64,000 nt of DNA from the NCBI RefSeq assembly GCF_036365525.1, contig NC_090407.1, positions 28,275,860 to 28,339,859 of the forward strand. Reading direction: 5' to 3'. The stretch is from Heterodontus francisci (lineage: Eukaryota). Position 1 is the stretch's first letter. Each line of letters starts with the position of its first letter. A model generated the notes under the pieces. It saw only the letters and a program-made list of their open reading frames with translations, did not search any database and had not been told where the DNA came from. Of this stretch, positions 60,801 through 64,000 are shown piece after piece. Made by a program: the position numbers and the translations under genes.

Positions 60801-62715
60801 CTGGAAAGTGTGAATGTCGGGTGAGGACAGAACCGGCCTTGGCAGTTATGTGTTTCCTGGTCGAATAGCCTTCTGGTAGCCAACTACTTAGGCCTACCGG
60901 AAACCTCCATGAATCGCACCATGCAGAAGCTTGATTTGATGCAGAGCTGCAGAAGCTGGTCACCGTACTTATAATGACTTCATCCAGTCATTGAATTCAA
61001 GCCTTGTGGAGCAGTTTGCTTGTGTATAGGAGGTTGGGGCTGCGGTGTGAATCTGTATTGGGTGCTGGGAGGGAGCGGTTGTTTTGGTTGTGGGATAGTG
61101 AGATGTTTTGGTTTAAATTGATGCCCGGAGGAAGATAAACTGCTTGGAAGTGATGTGAAGTTTAAATGCTTGGGACTGGTCTTGGGAACCTCCAAACATT
61201 GGAACTCCTCTCCACAGCTATATTTTTTGAATCATTTTTCTTTATTCATGGGATGTGGGTGTCGCGGCTAGGCTAGCATTTGTTGCCCGTCTCTAATAGC
61301 CCTTGAGAAAGTGGTTTTGGAACTCTGTAGTCTGGTGAAAGTATTGCCACAGTCCTGTCAGAGAGGGAGTTCCAGGATTTTGACCTAGCGACGATGAAGG
61401 AACAGTGATACATTTCCAAGTCAGAATGATGATTGGAAGGGATTTACCTCGCTTTTCATTGAATTCTTTTATAGTAAGTGTAAACAATTATTACCATTTT
61501 GACTGCACTTTTCCTTAAGTATATATTGTCGGTGCCAGCTTTACTCCTCTCTGTCTGTCTCTTGATATTGATTCTGCCTGTCGTAGTAAAGCTGTGGGAC
61601 CTCCTGCAAGTGTCTATTAATCATGTGTGGACCCGGGACAGTGAACCCTGGATTTTGCCATCAGGACAGCCTCATTAATTTTAACCGGGTTAACCCTGGC
61701 ATTGAGATAACGCAGATTGGAAGATAGCGGCTGTTCAGCCATTGGAGGCATCACAGCTGAGTCTGAGCCTGACCCTTGACCCTGCACGCTCTCGTCCATT
61801 CAGGGTCAATCAGGAGTGGGAGTCATGGCAGTTTCTTTTTTTCTACTTTTTATTTGGGGGAAACTGAGGCCAGGAGTAGTTTCCCACCCGTTGTGCTGGC
61901 TGAGATCAGCAGCTACCTCAGCAAAGAACCTTGCTTTCCCTCTTTCTCTTTTCACCTAACCCCCCCAGCCCCCACCCCACACCCCACCAACCCCATTGGT
62001 ACTTCAATAATGTAGAGAGTAAGGTTCTGGCGTTGGTGACAATTTGCATTTATGTAGTGCCTGCAATGTGGTAAAATGTCACCGTAGTGTTGTTAGCCCA
62101 CATTACAAATATGATGATATCTGACCAAGAGCTTGGTGGAAAGTGGCAGGTCTTAAGGAGTGTCTTCGAGGAGGAGTGACGCAGAGATGTTTAGGGAGAG
62201 AATTCCAAAGTTCGGAGCCCTGGCAGCTGCAGATTCGCTATTGGCGGTGGGGTGATTAAAATCGGGGGATGCGCAAGTGGCCGGAATGAGCAAGGCACAG
62301 GCAGGCTACTGCTATTGTGCGTCCACTGCAGCTTCCGTTTGCAGCATGGAATTGGGAGGGTTAAAAACAGAAATCAGTTTGACATAGTCAACTGCATCGC
62401 AACTCAAATCCTGCCTTTTTACAATTCATTCATTCAAAGGAGCAGTCTTTCTCCTGAATTGATCTTTCCTTTAGCTCTGCCATCTTGCGTTCTCTCTCTC
62501 TTTCTCTCACTGCTTTTGTTTTACTCTCTCTTGCTCTTTCTAACTCTTCCAGTTTCTTTCTTTTTGCTTTCTTTCGTGCTTTATTCGCGCTATCTTTTAG
62601 CTCTCTCTCTCTTTTTACTCTTCCTGTCTCTCTCTGTTTTTGTTCTGTCTTTAAACGGCTTCTGGGTTTCTCTCGAGGAGGGGCGGGAGCACCTTGCAGT
62701 TTAGTCACAGCCTTG

Positions 62716-62732
62716 GGTTCAACAGCAGGTCA
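62716..62732 (+). promoter_or_regulatory. DR5 retinoic acid response element in DHRS3 intron 1
   Basis: GGTTCA-ACAGC-AGGTCA, a perfect RGKTCA(n5)RGKTCA in non-repetitive, CpG-enriched sequence. Confidence 0.7.
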
Positions 62733-64000
62733 GCCGAGTGCTGATGATGTCATTAATCTTGTTTACCACTTAAAGAGGAAACGCACGCTCAAGAGGCAGG
62801 GGATAGAGTGGGTGGGCAGGGGGAGCAAATGCACGAGGGGAGGGGGCAAACTGGTTGCAGATGGTGGGGGGGGGGGGGGGGGGGTTGCAGTTCCACCTCA
62901 TTCGGACCACTGTTGCGGACGCCCGTCAGTCCCTCCCTTAAAGACGCGAGCAGAAACCTTTATCGTAGGTTAAGCCAAATTTTTTATGATCAGTTAACAG
63001 AAGTGTAAGGCATTCTGTAAATAAACCTGATCGGAAGGAGGACAACAGGTTTTACAGTTTATTGGGACCGTCAGACCTTGGAATGCTGGGTTATTGAGCC
63101 AGAACGTCGAGCAAAGGCAGTCGATATTTTAATGTCGCTGTACATTGCTGAGGCATTTATTGCCTTTATTTTGTAATTGCATATATTTAAAGTGAAAGCC
63201 ATGTACTCTGATAGATTAATTTTAGAATTCCAGTAAGTCTGGATGTTCCCAAATGGAATACCATTTCTTCTCAGGAATCCACAGATTCCCAGCCACCCTT
63301 TGACATCTCCCATTCCTTACGTGTGATCCTCATCAGTAGAAATTGAAAGGCTATTTGACTGTGTCGGACTTCGCCACTGAACTTGGTCTTGTTTAGACTT
63401 AGTGACTGCCCATGACTGACCCTGGGCTGGAATGGGATGGCTGGATTAGTGATCAGGAGTTGAGGGTGCTGGCTGATTCCCTTTCCTTAGCAGAATCCCG
63501 AGACCGATTGTAAATATTTCCCCTGTGGCCTTGACTGAGATCAGCTGATTGATACAGAACTATGAGTCAAAAGTACACTGAGCAGTAAATTTACCAAAAG
63601 TGTGTGTGTGTGTGGAGAGAGTGGGAGCTAAAGTGATCTAATCAGTCATTGGTATCTCCTTGTAAGGAAGTGCCCATCATTTTCACAACGATCATTTTTC
63701 TTTTGCTTCATTTTCCTCCCGTTTAAAACAAAATATGAAAATAGATCCTTCATATGTAATTATCAAACATTATTCTCAAATACTCATGTGTTTTTGTGAC
63801 CATACCCAAGTTAAGCCCTGTGCCCAGTTCTAAGAATTCTTGAGCTCTTCCTGCACTGCATTCCTGCCAAATGTTCAAAGTCTATCCCCACATTCGGCAC
63901 ATCACCTCACAGTCCAAAAGCAATGATGTTGGCTTCCCCAGTGCTGGCCGTGTTACTCATTGTATTACAGGGAGGGGGAGATACAGAATGGTGCAGTCTA

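Noticed and set aside
61770-61782. Perfect DR1 (GGGTCA-A-GGGTCA, minus strand) in DHRS3 intron 1
   Set aside because: It lies in a decayed copy of an old dispersed SINE-like family (related copies near 60580-60920 and 41790-42000); there is no independent support, though exaptation cannot be excluded.
62252-62973. Long Leu/Ser/Phe-rich and Arg/Glu/Lys-rich ORFs
   Set aside because: They are translations of a CT-rich tract and a G run inside DHRS3 intron 1.

Overview
Repeat-rich vertebrate genomic DNA, almost certainly from a cartilaginous fish (shark). The assignment rests on HE1/V-SINEs, Deu-type (SacSINE1-like) SINEs, abundant CR1/L2 LINEs and shark-type Penelope elements; the species cannot be fixed from sequence alone. 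Three spliced genes were rebuilt by hand with GT-AG junctions and consistent phases: (1) a complete 4-exon CFAP107/C1orf158 on the minus strand (24884-29646, 194 aa); (2) a complete 4-exon AADACL3/4-like GDXG esterase on the minus strand (37188-45775, 416 aa); (3) coding exon 1 of DHRS3 on the plus strand (57647-57841), head-to-head with the AADACL gene. This matches the DHRS3-AADACL4/3-C1orf158 order I recall for human 1p36. The rest is nested mobile DNA: RTE, CR1, L2, Penelope with minimal hammerhead-ribozyme motifs, solo LTRs with 4-bp TSDs, Harbinger fossils and MITEs, plus a polypyrimidine minisatellite. The strongest non-coding signals are a perfect DR5 retinoic-acid response element in DHRS3 intron 1, a consensus RFX X-box just upstream of CFAP107, and two co-oriented CTCF motifs between the divergent promoters. 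I found no convincing wholly new system; the speculative leads are marked as inference. Repeat boundaries are approximate unless a TSD is given.
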